Shown one piece after another: positions 1 to 9,332 of a stretch of 64,000 nucleotides of DNA. Made by a program: the position numbers and the translations under genes. The stretch is from Candidatus Latescibacterota bacterium. Its GTDB lineage: Bacteria; Latescibacterota; UBA2968; UBA8231. Location of the stretch: assembly GCA_965242865.1 (NCBI GenBank), contig CBDETK010000013.1, positions 1,504,001 to 1,568,000 of the forward strand, written 5' to 3'. The notes under the pieces were generated by a model, which saw nothing but the letters and a program-made list of their open reading frames with translations, made no database searches and was not told where the DNA came from. How positions within the stretch are numbered: the first letter of the stretch is position 1; every line of letters begins with the position of its first letter.

Positions 1-263
1 TTTTTGGAGATGTGTGATTTAACATCTTCAGCATATTCTAATGGATTTTCTTTACGTCTTATATCATCTCTCTTAAAATCGTCACCAGCTAAGTCCTCCA
101 ATTTCTTCAGAAGACCAGACCAATCCACGTAGCCCACACGGACACTACTTCCTGCCCCGACGATGAGTACAGCCTCTTCTGAAGCAACAAATTTAATCAG
201 CTCACGTTTGCGCTCATCGTTTTCTTTTAGTTCTTCCGAGTTGAAAATTTCTTGATCGTTCAC
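1..263 (-). CDS. SIR2-like (sirtuin/NADase fold) protein, 5' part only, runs off the window edge
   Basis: Not in the ORF track. Manual translation from GTG at 263 (AAGGAA RBS just upstream) gives MNDQEIFNSEELKENDERKRELIKFVASEEAVLIVGAGSSVRVGYVDWSGLLKKL..., open to position 1. LIVGAGxS..G...W..LL is the N-terminal motif of SIR2_2 proteins. AT-rich. Confidence 0.75.
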   Translation of the reverse strand, partial: MNDQEIFNSEELKENDERKRELIKFVASEEAVLIVGAGSSVRVGYVDWSGLLKKLEDLAGDDFKRDDIRRKENPLEYAEDVKSHISK

Positions 264-284
264 GTAAGGCTTCCTTAAAATTTA

Positions 285-3200
285 TTATGTAACAGATTCT
301 TGTGCAAATTCCCCCAACTCCGGCAACCCCTTCACGATCTCCACCGTCTCCAAACTCACCGCGATCACCTTGCCGATCAGTTTGACGATGTACCGCGGCT
401 CGTCCGATCGATTCGGATCATTGACGATGCCGCTTCGTTTGTCTGTCTTGATGCGATACTGGTCGATGACCCATTCCAACGCCGAGCGATTCCCGAGTTG
501 ATAGTCATAAGTTTCTGGTGGAATCCCGTCGAGCGTCAAGAAGTCGTTGTACTGGAGCCGCGTCTTGTCTTTGGACAACCGCATTTTCTCCACGCGCCAG
601 TCGAGCGGCATGTCTGAATTTTCGATGAAGTTGAGCCGATATTCGGGTTGGGCTTCATAGCCGACGTGGATTTCTGCTAATCGCGCCCCCGCTTTGGCAA
701 ACGTCCAAAATGCCGCGTTGTCCGTTTCAGCATTTGGGATGGGGGCGTCCGCGGTCATCGGGACAGAGGTATCTACGGTCGTTGGGACAACCCCCTGTGG
801 TTGTCCCTGTCCCTGTGTATCCGCGGCCGTCGGAACAGGGGTATCCGCGGTCGTCGGAACAGGGGTATCCGCGGTCGTCGGAACAGGGGTATCCGCGGTC
901 GTCGGAACAGAGGTATCCCCGGCCGTTGGGACAACCCCCTGTGGTTGTCCCACAAACGGAAGGCGCGGCAAGTCTCGCTTTAGATTGGCTTGGTATCGCG
1001 TCCGGTATTCGGGGTGGTGGAGCAGGGCGTAGATGTAGTGGAAGATGGCCCATTTGTCGATGGTGTCGTCTTGGTAATGCGAGCGGAATTGGGCCAAGGC
1101 CCAGTCGGTGATGTTCTCGCGGCGATTGCTGCCGTCCTCGTCGTAGGTGTAGAAGGGGAAGCATTGGGCACCATCAATGGATGTTAGCGTTAGACAGGGA
1201 ATTATGTCGGTGCAAAAACACCAATAATCAGCACGTCCTCCGGCACTTGGAACAATAATTACCCAATTCTCCGTTTCAGCCTTTTGTTTAGGAAAAATGG
1301 ATGGAAACACGGATACTACATCGTTCATCATTCTGTCAAAGTAGAGGTTTGATTCCGTGAATGGGCGATAAAGTGATGTCCTCACTTTGTGGTCGGCATA
1401 TTCGGCCATTCGCCTTCGCTTCAACTTTGCCTTTAAGTCCCGACTCCACTTAATTTTCTTATCATCGGAAATCACAAAGTCATCTACGTTCGCATCTCGA
1501 TTTGCTCGTCTTTCCCACTTGAGCACTTGCTCATTGTAGGTGTCAGTCATCCGTTCCATGTTTTCGGCGAGTGCGTTTCGGTTGAAGTTGTAAGCCCATG
1601 CATCCCGAGCGGTATTGACACCGGGACTATAAAGTTTGAAAATCACATCCACCGCCTCGCCTTTTCCTGCCTTTGATTTCTTACTCCCTATCGGGACAAA
1701 GGTATCAAACTCGGCATGGAGTCCTTCTGTGAGCCATGTGTGTTGTCTGTCCGGCGTTATCGGTTTCCATTCGACGTTGCGGTAGTGTCCCTTTGAACCG
1801 AGATAGCGATACTTTTCTTCCTTGCGCCAGAACTCGTCAACGCGAGCGTAGAAAATTTTGGCAGGGGAATCTGCACTGTCTTTCTTCTTGACGAAAAAAT
1901 TGATGCTCACGCCGACTTGGATTCCAAAGACATTGTGCGTCGTGCCGGAGAGCTTTGGATTTTTGCGAACATTCCCACTCAAATCGAGAATGTAAATCGC
2001 GTCAAAATCATCTGCGAGGTGCTTTCGCATTCCGTCAAATGCCATGCCGTCGAGGAACCCGTTGTTCGTTACCAGCGCGACAACGCCTTCATCGTCGATC
2101 CGATCCGATGCCCACCGAATCGCCTTTACATAAGGGTCTTGTAGGTATCTTTTCAGCGTCGCCTTCGAGTCTTTGGCATACGTCTCCGCAACCCGCTTAT
2201 CCATAGTCTCGTACTTCCGGTTCTTGTTATTATCATTCTCGTTGACCTGTCCTGCATTGTAAGGCGGGTTGCCGACAATCACAAACATTTCCGTCTTCTT
2301 CTGCCGCTTAACCCGCGCCGTATTCTCTTCGGTAAACAACCCTAACTGATGATCCTCAGCCAATTCAAACGTATCGACCAAGCACAGCCCTTCATACGGC
2401 TGATAACGCCCCGTCGTCTCGTAAAACTCGTGCTCGATGTTCATAGACGCGATGTAATACGGCAACAGCATCACTTCGTTGCAGTGCAGTTCAGACGAAT
2501 ACTTGTCCTCCAGCGCAGTGCGGCGAATCTCCCGCATCATGCGGACGATGAAATTGCCCGTGCCGACAAATGGGTCAATGATGTGAACGCCCGCGTCCGA
2601 AAGCGAGCGGCCAAACTCAGTCTGCAAAATCTGCTCGACGCTTCGCGCCATAAAATCGACAATCGGCTGCGGCGTATAGACAATGCCGTGCGTATCGGCA
2701 ACCGCCACGGAAAAGCCCTGAAAAAACTGCTCATAGACCGTGTTGAGGAAGTGCTGCTTTTGCGAAAAGTCGTCAATCGTCGCGGCCGTGCGCTCGATAG
2801 CAACATAGAAGCGGTTGAGACTGTCGAGAAAATCGCGGCGATTAAACGACTGCGAGGTGAGCGCGTCGATGACCTTCTCGATCTCGTGGGCAATGACGTT
2901 GCGGCGCGTGAAATCGGGATTGCTGAACACCGTGCGAAAAATCCGCTCGGTCAACAGATGCTGAACGAGCATCTCCTCGACCGCGGCTTCGGACAGATTG
3001 GGATTGATGGTGTTCTCCCGCTCCCGCTGGATCAACGCCGCCAACCCGCGCCCAATGTCGGGCACCTTGTCCTTGAACTGGCCGACCGCCTCATCCCATT
3101 CGGCAATCGCCGGCGGTCGGTGCGAAAAAAAGGCTTCAAGCGTCTGAACGAGTTGCGCGGGATCGGTCAAATCGGCGTCGAGAACGGGCGCGTCATTCTG

Positions 3201-3563
3201 CCACAAGATCGCTCGTTGCGGCGTTTGAAAGAGGATGTTGTCGCTGGGATACCCGGCCGCAAACTTGCGCTCCACTTCGGCAGGCAAGTCATCGTCCGTG
3301 TCCTTAGCCTCCCAATAGCCGTGCGGCAAGTTGAACTCGTCGATCAACGCGCCATCGACGCGAATGCGCCTGTTCTGAGGAAGCGCGATAGAATGCTCCG
3401 GCACGAGCGTCCACCGAAACGGCTTCCCACACGTTTCGAGCAACGATTGAAACGCCGAGCGCACCGCAGTCTCATGCGCGACGCCGAGCCGCTCAAAGGC
3501 ATTGAGCGATTCGTAGTACGCCGCAATGGACTTGTGCGTAGGCTTGAGGTTGAGGGTCGGCAT
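285..3563 (-). CDS. Single-chain restriction-modification enzyme (type IIG / type ISP-like C-terminus, no helicase): nuclease + N6-adenine MTase + specificity domain
   Basis: N-terminal VDG...WEAK PD-(D/E)XK motif. GIVYTP, IIDPFVGTG (motif I) and VGNPPY (motif IV). The LlaBIII-like C-terminus contains YRPF, YIYALLHHPEYRTRY..NL..DLPRLP and YQLGNRSALEW. Confidence 0.9.
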   Translation of the reverse strand: MPTLNLKPTHKSIAAYYESLNAFERLGVAHETAVRSAFQSLLETCGKPFRWTLVPEHSIALPQNRRIRVDGALIDEFNLPHGYWEAKDTDDDLPAEVERKFAAGYPSDNILFQTPQRAILWQNDAPVLDADLTDPAQLVQTLEAFFSHRPPAIAEWDEAVGQFKDKVPDIGRGLAALIQRERENTINPNLSEAAVEEMLVQHLLTERIFRTVFSNPDFTRRNVIAHEIEKVIDALTSQSFNRRDFLDSLNRFYVAIERTAATIDDFSQKQHFLNTVYEQFFQGFSVAVADTHGIVYTPQPIVDFMARSVEQILQTEFGRSLSDAGVHIIDPFVGTGNFIVRMMREIRRTALEDKYSSELHCNEVMLLPYYIASMNIEHEFYETTGRYQPYEGLCLVDTFELAEDHQLGLFTEENTARVKRQKKTEMFVIVGNPPYNAGQVNENDNNKNRKYETMDKRVAETYAKDSKATLKRYLQDPYVKAIRWASDRIDDEGVVALVTNNGFLDGMAFDGMRKHLADDFDAIYILDLSGNVRKNPKLSGTTHNVFGIQVGVSINFFVKKKDSADSPAKIFYARVDEFWRKEEKYRYLGSKGHYRNVEWKPITPDRQHTWLTEGLHAEFDTFVPIGSKKSKAGKGEAVDVIFKLYSPGVNTARDAWAYNFNRNALAENMERMTDTYNEQVLKWERRANRDANVDDFVISDDKKIKWSRDLKAKLKRRRMAEYADHKVRTSLYRPFTESNLYFDRMMNDVVSVFPSIFPKQKAETENWVIIVPSAGGRADYWCFCTDIIPCLTLTSIDGAQCFPFYTYDEDGSNRRENITDWALAQFRSHYQDDTIDKWAIFHYIYALLHHPEYRTRYQANLKRDLPRLPFVGQPQGVVPTAGDTSVPTTADTPVPTTADTPVPTTADTPVPTAADTQGQGQPQGVVPTTVDTSVPMTADAPIPNAETDNAAFWTFAKAGARLAEIHVGYEAQPEYRLNFIENSDMPLDWRVEKMRLSKDKTRLQYNDFLTLDGIPPETYDYQLGNRSALEWVIDQYRIKTDKRSGIVNDPNRSDEPRYIVKLIGKVIAVSLETVEIVKGLPELGEFAQESVT
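745..952. repeat. 24-bp tandem repeats with two REP-like palindromes, inside the RM coding sequence
   Basis: GTATCCGCGGTCGTCGGAACAGGG-like units at 817, 841, 865 and 889, degenerate at 745, 769 and 913. GGGACAACC-CCCTGT-GGTTGTCCC hairpins at 784-807 and 928-951. Encodes TTADTPVP repeats and two GQPQGVVPT. Confidence 0.9.
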
Positions 3564-3606
3564 GGTATTATGGATCGGTGGCTGCGGCTTATAGTTCCAT
3601 TATTAA

Positions 3607-3882
3607 GGAAGCTCTGATTAAGTCTAATTTTAGAAGGCTTGTATCTTCGGTTTGCTTTTGTTAAATTCCCCTCTGTCCAAAAGGCTCTATTTCGCGGTGT
3701 ATTTTTTGCTCTTTGTTGCTTCAATCAATTCGGGACGGATTCGTTCTTAGGCGGTCCGGAGTTGCCTCCGGACAAGGTATAAGTTGGCGAGCGCAAACAA
3801 GGTAACGAGTTGAGCGGTATTGTTGGCTAAGCCTCGATAGAGTACCGTACGATAGCCCCAGCGGTGCTTGATGATACCAAAC
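3607..3882 (-). mobile_element. IS5-family remnant (right end and transposase C-terminus)
   Basis: The frame ending at 3747 encodes FGIIKHRWGYRTVLYRGLANNTAQLVTLFALANLYLVRRQL, the typical IS5-subgroup transposase C-terminus. TIR-like GGAAGCTCTGATTAAGTC at 3607 is preceded by TTAA (YTAR-type target). Confidence 0.8.
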
Positions 3883-4329
3883 TTGGATATCTTCCACCGG
3901 CCGAGCAACGTGATGGAAGAACAGCTCAGCATGTTCATTCGCTAGTGCCCGAGTGAGATACCAGTCAATCACGCTATCATTTTCATTCCGTAGATTACAT
4001 GTGGTAATCATGAGTTCCTCAAATTGTTCAGCCACTAGGACAGCCATCGTGGCCTCCTTCAATCGTGCATAAGCTTCAAGTCTTCCCCAGTGATCCCAAT
4101 TCGCTTTACCGAACTGGTTTTCTACGACGAGGGTACCCTTTTCGCCAACGGCAACGATGTCTGCTCTGCGTGATCCAACGTTAGCTTCCCTTTCCACACC
4201 ATCTTCAGACATGCCCATATTGAGCACGTCAAGTATGTTGAGCGCATCAAGATTACCCGCAAGATCGTCTGAGAACTCCTCTTATGAAGAATAGACTTCC
4301 GACAGCAGAATCAGTTGTTGCAAGTTCAT
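3883..4329 (-). pseudogene. NucS/DUF4268-like PD-(D/E)XK endonuclease pseudogene
   Basis: ATG at 4329 with AGGAG RBS. In-frame TAA at 4284-4282 after 15 codons, then EREANVGSRRADIVA...LVVENQFGKANWDHWGRLEAYA. The 3' end is replaced by the IS5 remnant near 3882. Confidence 0.7.
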
Positions 4330-4379
4330 TGCGTTATACTCCTGTTCTAAGGTTGTGGTACGGCCTGATTTAGGTTTAT

Positions 4380-4401
4380 GGAAGCTCTGATTAAATCTAA
4401 T
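4380..4401 (+). mobile_element. Orphan IS5-like terminal repeat
   Basis: GGAAGCTCTGATTAAATCTAAT matches 3607-3628 at 21 of 22 positions, same orientation. Confidence 0.6.
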
Positions 4402-4655
4402 GAACAACTGAACAACCTAAATACGCCCGAAATTTACTTCCCACGCTGAGTCGTGTCAAGCAAATCAAGCCGTGAAAAGTAATCGCTTTTTCCGCCTACT
4501 TCGGCCCGGTGCTGTGGCTTGGATACCGTTCCTAATTCACTGCCGGTAAACGAGCAAGTGCTACCGAAAAGCGGACGGATAGTTCGCCTATAATTCGGTC
4601 GCCGCCCAGACCCCGCCTCCTTCCGCGCTTGAACCGCCCTCGCCGCTGCCATATC

Positions 4656-4683
4656 TTGACAGCCGCTCGTCTCATGCTATAGC
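4656..4683 (+). promoter_or_regulatory. Candidate sigma70 promoter for the 1542-aa gene
   Basis: TTGACA-N16-TATAGC with a TG extension, 20 bp before the ATG. Confidence 0.35.
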
Positions 4684-4703
4684 CAAAAGCCAAAGCGAAT
4701 TCC

Positions 4704-7700
4704 ATGGCCAAACTACTCAATGCGTTTTTCTTGCTATTCGCCGCTGCCATGATTGCGGTCGTCGGTCTGGGCGACCCGGATGCCGTCAATCGAGCGGTAA
4801 ACGATTTCTTCGGCTGGGCGCCCAACCCGCCGGTAGAAGCGCGGATGGTGGATCCCGCCGAAGCCGCCCAACTCCGCGCCCTAGCCGCCGGCATTGACGA
4901 GGCGGACATTGCCGCTGAGATCGCGCGCTTTGCGGCCTTTGGCTCGCGGGTGCCGGGGTATGCCGGAGAGCGACAGGCCCGCGACTACGTGCGCCAGCGG
5001 TTTGAGGCCCTGGGGCTGGAGGACGTGCAGACCGAGGCATTTGAGGTGGCCGTGCCGATAGATCGCGGCGGCGAGTTGGTGGTGCAAGGCGGCGACCGCA
5101 AACGGCTCTACTGCTTGTGGCCCAATGGCGTGCGCACACCCTCGCTCGGGCCGGACGGCGTGCGCGGCCCCTTGATCTACGGTGCTCAAGGCGCGCTTGA
5201 ATCGTTGGATGGCCAGCCCGTGCAGGGCAGCGTCGTGCTCTTGGACTTTGCCAGCGGCCAAAATTACCTCCACGCCGCATCGCTGGGGGCCAAGGCCATT
5301 GTGTTCTTTGACAACGGCGGCGTCAACCGCGAGCAGGCCGCCGACAAGTTTCTCAAGGTGCCGGTTGACATCCCGCGGTTTTGGCTTGCGCGGCAAGACG
5401 CACTCGACCTATTGGCGCGCCTGGCGCGCCTACGCGACGGGCCGGTTGCCGTCCGCTTGCAGGCGCGGATGGATTGGGAAGGCGTGGAAGCGCACAACGT
5501 GTATGGCTACCTGCCCGGGTCGCCCCAGATGCTGCCGGCCAAAAGCCGCGAAAAGCCGCAGGCGTGGAGCGACCAAACCATCGTCATCCAAGCCTATTAC
5601 GACGCCATCTCGGTCGTGCCAGCCCTCGCCCCGGGAGCGGAAAACGCGGCCGGGATCGTCGCCCTGCTCCAGCTCGTGGAGCGGCTCAAAGCGCATCGCC
5701 CGCACTACTCGGTGCTCTTTTTGGCGACCTCCGGGCACTTTGAGGGCTTGGCCGGGATCAACGATTTCCTCTACCGGCACAGCCGCCGCAGCGACTACTT
5801 CCGCGAGCGCATGAGCGCGGCCGACCGCATTGACTTTGACTTGATGCTGGCGCTGGACCTGTCGAGCCACGCCGACCGCACGGCCAGCTTTGGGATGGGC
5901 ACCTTCTACAATCCCAAGTGGCGCACGGACAACTACGTCAAGTACATGTTGACGCCCTATTCCAAGCGGCTAAGCCTCGCGGTCGAAGAGACCTTTGGCG
6001 ACACCACGCGCCACTACGAGGGCATTGCCCCGCCCAAGCGCACGTGGAAAAACTTCATGCCCATCCCGCTGGCCTTTGCCAGCGAGGCCGCGGCCTTCGT
6101 CGGCTACAAGGCCCTCGCTCTGGCTACGGCCAACGATGCGCGCGAGCGGATCGACACGCCGCTCGACCGGCCGGAAGCCGTAGATGTAGCCAACCTCACG
6201 CGGCAGATACGGACGCTCGCGGCCATGTTGGCGTGGGCTGGCCGCGACGCCGAGTTGCTCAAGCCGACCAAGTTGGAGCTGGAGGACTACGGCCACAGCT
6301 TGGCCGGCGCGATCTATTGGTTTGACCGCGACGTCAACTTTGCCGTGCCCAAGAAGCCAGTGCCGCAAGCGTTGGTGACCTATCAGCAGCTCGGGCCGAA
6401 TTCGGTCGGCGGGGTCCGCACCTTGATCGCGCAAGAGGCCGACGACGCGGGCCGCTTCCACTTCGACATCATGCGCAACAAGCTGGACAACGCGATCCGC
6501 GCGTACGAACTCGATCCCTACGGGGCGATTATCTCGGCCCCGGACATGGGCCAAGAAGGCGACGAGACGTACCCGACCGTGCATCCGTGGGGTTGGTGGG
6601 AAAACGAGATGCTGCAAGTGCTCTTTGAATGCCGGGCGCTGAGTCTGTTCGAGACCGTTGACTCGCGCTACCTGTCGGTCTTGGACCACGTGACCGTCCT
6701 CAACGAGCGCGACGGCGTGCCCCAATCGTGGGGGGCCGACTTCGTCGAAAAGCAGAGCAATGAGGAGGGCAAAGTGACCCTCGCGGCGGTGGTGTACGCC
6801 CGGCCCGGCACTCGGGTCAAGGCCCTGATGAGCACGAGCTTGTTCGGCGTACGCTACCTGCTGAGCGGCGCGCCGGCCGCATGGGTGGCCGAGCCGGTGC
6901 GCCCGGCCGACGTGGATGAGCCGATCCTAAAACAGGCCCTCGGGCGCGGCTATCTGGTGGATCAAGGCGTGGTCTTGCGCCCCGGGTACGCGGCCGCGCA
7001 AGACTTATGGGTCCTCGACGACGTGCGGATCAAGCAGTTGGCGCGCTACGGGGTGCGCAACGACAAGTTCATGCGCCTGCACGAAGAGGCGCGGCTGGCG
7101 CTGTTGGAGGCCGAAGAGCACCTACAAGCGCGGCGGTACAGCGCGTTCAAGCGGGCCACGCGCAAGGCGTGGGGCCTCGAAGGGCGGGGCTACCCAGACA
7201 TCAAATCGACCGCAGACGATACGGTCTATGGGGTGATCTTCTACTTCGCGCTGCTGCTGCCGTTTTCGTTTTGCTGCGAGCGGCTGTTCTTCGGCTTTGC
7301 CGACATCCGCCGGCAAGTGGCCGGCGCGGCGTTTTTCTTTTTAGCGATTTTCCTCGTCATGCGCTTTATCCACCCGGCCTTTAAGCTGAGTTCGTCGCCG
7401 TACATCATCTTTTTGGCGTTTGTGATCTTCGCGATCGGCGGCACCGCGTTGCTGATGATTCTGGGCCGCTTTACCCGCGCCGTCGCCCAGCGCAAGCGGG
7501 CTGCAGCCGGCGTCCACGAAGCGGACATCGGTCGCCTCAGCGCCACGGCCGCGGCCGCGTCGCTGGGGATTTCCAACCTCCGCAAGCGCAAGTTGCGCAC
7601 CGCGCTGACGGTTATCACCCTGACGCTTTTGACCTTTACCGCCCAAGCCTTCACCTCGGTGCAGAGCTATCTCAAGTTCTATCAGATCCCCCGGCCGAAC

Positions 7701-9332
7701 GCGCCCAGCTACGAGGGGGCCCTGCTGCGCGACCGCGGCTGGAAGGGCTTGCAGCTATCGGTGCTCGACTATGCGGAGAGTGCCTTTGGCGAGCGAGCGC
7801 AGGTGCTGCCGCGGTCGTGGGTGACCTCCAAGGTCATTGGCGAGCGGGCCTATATCGACGTTGAGCACAAGGCAGCGCAAAAAAAGAGCTTTGCGTCGGC
7901 TCTCCTCGGGGTGACCCCGGGCGAAGGCGCGCTGATGGGGTTGGCCGATCTGTTGGTGGGGCCGGCGAGCCGCTGGTTTGCGGCCGGCGAGCGCGACGTG
8001 TGCATCTTGCCGGCCGCCATGGCCGCGATCTTGGGCATCGGCCCGGAGGACGTGGGCACGGCCCACATTGGCCTGATGGGGCGATCCTATCGGGTAATCG
8101 GCTTAATCGACGGCGAGGCCATCGACCGGCTGCGCGACTTGGACAACGAGAGTCCAATGCCGGTGGACACGGTCGCCGAGGCCAAGAAGATGGAGGAAAT
8201 GGCCGGCTTGGACCCGCGCCTGATGGACACGGCCGCGATTGAGACCTTTACCCACCTGCTGGCCAACAACGTGGCGTTCTTGCCGTATCAGCAGGTCGTC
8301 GATTTGGGGGGGACGCTGCGCTCCATTGCCATCGCCGGTTTTGCCGATCGGGCGACCTTGCTCGCCGAGGTGGAGGAGTTCGTGTCGCGGGTGGCCGTGC
8401 CGCTCTTTGTCGGGGCGGGCGACCGCGTGCGGGTGTACACGTCGATGGGCTCGGCGTCCTTGGCCGGGATTGGCAATCTCTTCGTGCCCTTGTTGATCGC
8501 CTCGCTCATTGTGCTCAACACCATGCTCGGCTCGGTGTACGAGCGTTCCGGCGAGATCGGGGTGTATTCGTCGGTGGGGTTGGCCCCGAGCCACATTGCC
8601 GCGCTCTTCATCGCGGAAGCCTTGGTGTTTGCCATTGTCGGCGCGGTGCTGGGCTATTTGGTGGGGCAGACGACGACGCTGCTGCTGGCGCACTACGCGC
8701 TCTTGGGCGGGATGTTTCTCAACTACTCGTCCCTGTCGGCGATTTTTTCGACCTTGATCGTGATGGTGGTGGTGGTGCTTTCGACCCTGTATCCGGCGCG
8801 CAAGGCCGCGGCCATGGCCGTGCCCGACGTGACGCGGCGGTGGGAGTTTCCCCCGCCCGATGGCGACGACTGGCGCTTCGATTTTCCGTTTACGCTGGGC
8901 AAGGGCGATGCCTTGGGATCGTGCGCGTACTTGCACCGGGTCTTCTCGTCTTATGGCGAGGGGTCGGTGGGCGACTTTATGACCGAGGGCGTGGATTTCC
9001 ACTTGGAGCAGGGCGGCGCGCAGCCGGTCTATCTGCTGGAGCTGATGGTGTGGCTCGCGCCCTACGACTTGGGCGTGAGCCAACGGGTGTTTTTACGCAC
9101 CCTGCCGACCGACGACATTCCGGGCATTTACCGCATTGAGATGCACTTGCAGCGCGTAAGCGGCGACGTGGTGAGCTGGCAGCGGCTCAACACCAGCTTC
9201 CTCAACGTGCTACGCAAGCGGTTCTTGGTCTGGCGGACGATTGCGCCCGAGGTGCGGGAGGAATACTTGGCTGCGGGCGAGAAGTTGGCGCGGGGGACGG
9301 GGGTGGAGTCTACAGTCCTGACAGCTCGGTGA
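4704..9332 (+). CDS. Large membrane protein: M28 peptidase-fold/PA-like extracellular region fused to a MacB/FtsX-like permease
   Basis: N-terminal signal/TM. SRVPGYAG..A.DY, IVIQAYYD and PGAENAAG..ALL resemble the M28 fold. TM cluster, KRKLRTALT (MacB TM1) and NTMLGSVYERSGEIGVYSSVG...LFIAEA (FtsX domain). Confidence 0.75.
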   Translation: MAKLLNAFFLLFAAAMIAVVGLGDPDAVNRAVNDFFGWAPNPPVEARMVDPAEAAQLRALAAGIDEADIAAEIARFAAFGSRVPGYAGERQARDYVRQRFEALGLEDVQTEAFEVAVPIDRGGELVVQGGDRKRLYCLWPNGVRTPSLGPDGVRGPLIYGAQGALESLDGQPVQGSVVLLDFASGQNYLHAASLGAKAIVFFDNGGVNREQAADKFLKVPVDIPRFWLARQDALDLLARLARLRDGPVAVRLQARMDWEGVEAHNVYGYLPGSPQMLPAKSREKPQAWSDQTIVIQAYYDAISVVPALAPGAENAAGIVALLQLVERLKAHRPHYSVLFLATSGHFEGLAGINDFLYRHSRRSDYFRERMSAADRIDFDLMLALDLSSHADRTASFGMGTFYNPKWRTDNYVKYMLTPYSKRLSLAVEETFGDTTRHYEGIAPPKRTWKNFMPIPLAFASEAAAFVGYKALALATANDARERIDTPLDRPEAVDVANLTRQIRTLAAMLAWAGRDAELLKPTKLELEDYGHSLAGAIYWFDRDVNFAVPKKPVPQALVTYQQLGPNSVGGVRTLIAQEADDAGRFHFDIMRNKLDNAIRAYELDPYGAIISAPDMGQEGDETYPTVHPWGWWENEMLQVLFECRALSLFETVDSRYLSVLDHVTVLNERDGVPQSWGADFVEKQSNEEGKVTLAAVVYARPGTRVKALMSTSLFGVRYLLSGAPAAWVAEPVRPADVDEPILKQALGRGYLVDQGVVLRPGYAAAQDLWVLDDVRIKQLARYGVRNDKFMRLHEEARLALLEAEEHLQARRYSAFKRATRKAWGLEGRGYPDIKSTADDTVYGVIFYFALLLPFSFCCERLFFGFADIRRQVAGAAFFFLAIFLVMRFIHPAFKLSSSPYIIFLAFVIFAIGGTALLMILGRFTRAVAQRKRAAAGVHEADIGRLSATAAAASLGISNLRKRKLRTALTVITLTLLTFTAQAFTSVQSYLKFYQIPRPNAPSYEGALLRDRGWKGLQLSVLDYAESAFGERAQVLPRSWVTSKVIGERAYIDVEHKAAQKKSFASALLGVTPGEGALMGLADLLVGPASRWFAAGERDVCILPAAMAAILGIGPEDVGTAHIGLMGRSYRVIGLIDGEAIDRLRDLDNESPMPVDTVAEAKKMEEMAGLDPRLMDTAAIETFTHLLANNVAFLPYQQVVDLGGTLRSIAIAGFADRATLLAEVEEFVSRVAVPLFVGAGDRVRVYTSMGSASLAGIGNLFVPLLIASLIVLNTMLGSVYERSGEIGVYSSVGLAPSHIAALFIAEALVFAIVGAVLGYLVGQTTTLLLAHYALLGGMFLNYSSLSAIFSTLIVMVVVVLSTLYPARKAAAMAVPDVTRRWEFPPPDGDDWRFDFPFTLGKGDALGSCAYLHRVFSSYGEGSVGDFMTEGVDFHLEQGGAQPVYLLELMVWLAPYDLGVSQRVFLRTLPTDDIPGIYRIEMHLQRVSGDVVSWQRLNTSFLNVLRKRFLVWRTIAPEVREEYLAAGEKLARGTGVESTVLTAR

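Noticed and set aside
745-952. Possible CRISPR or independent small ORFs on the repeats
   Set aside because: Contiguous 24-bp units without spacers, in frame within the RM gene. The overlapping short ORFs are shadows of the repeat.
2349-3617. Long antisense ORFs (also 16927-18177, 27601-29130, 32472-33593, 40999-41994)
   Set aside because: They lie opposite well-supported genes in GC-rich DNA and have no recognisable motifs.
3721-4227. 168-aa ORF as an intact gene
   Set aside because: It is a chimaera of a nonsense-interrupted nuclease and out-of-frame IS5 sequence.
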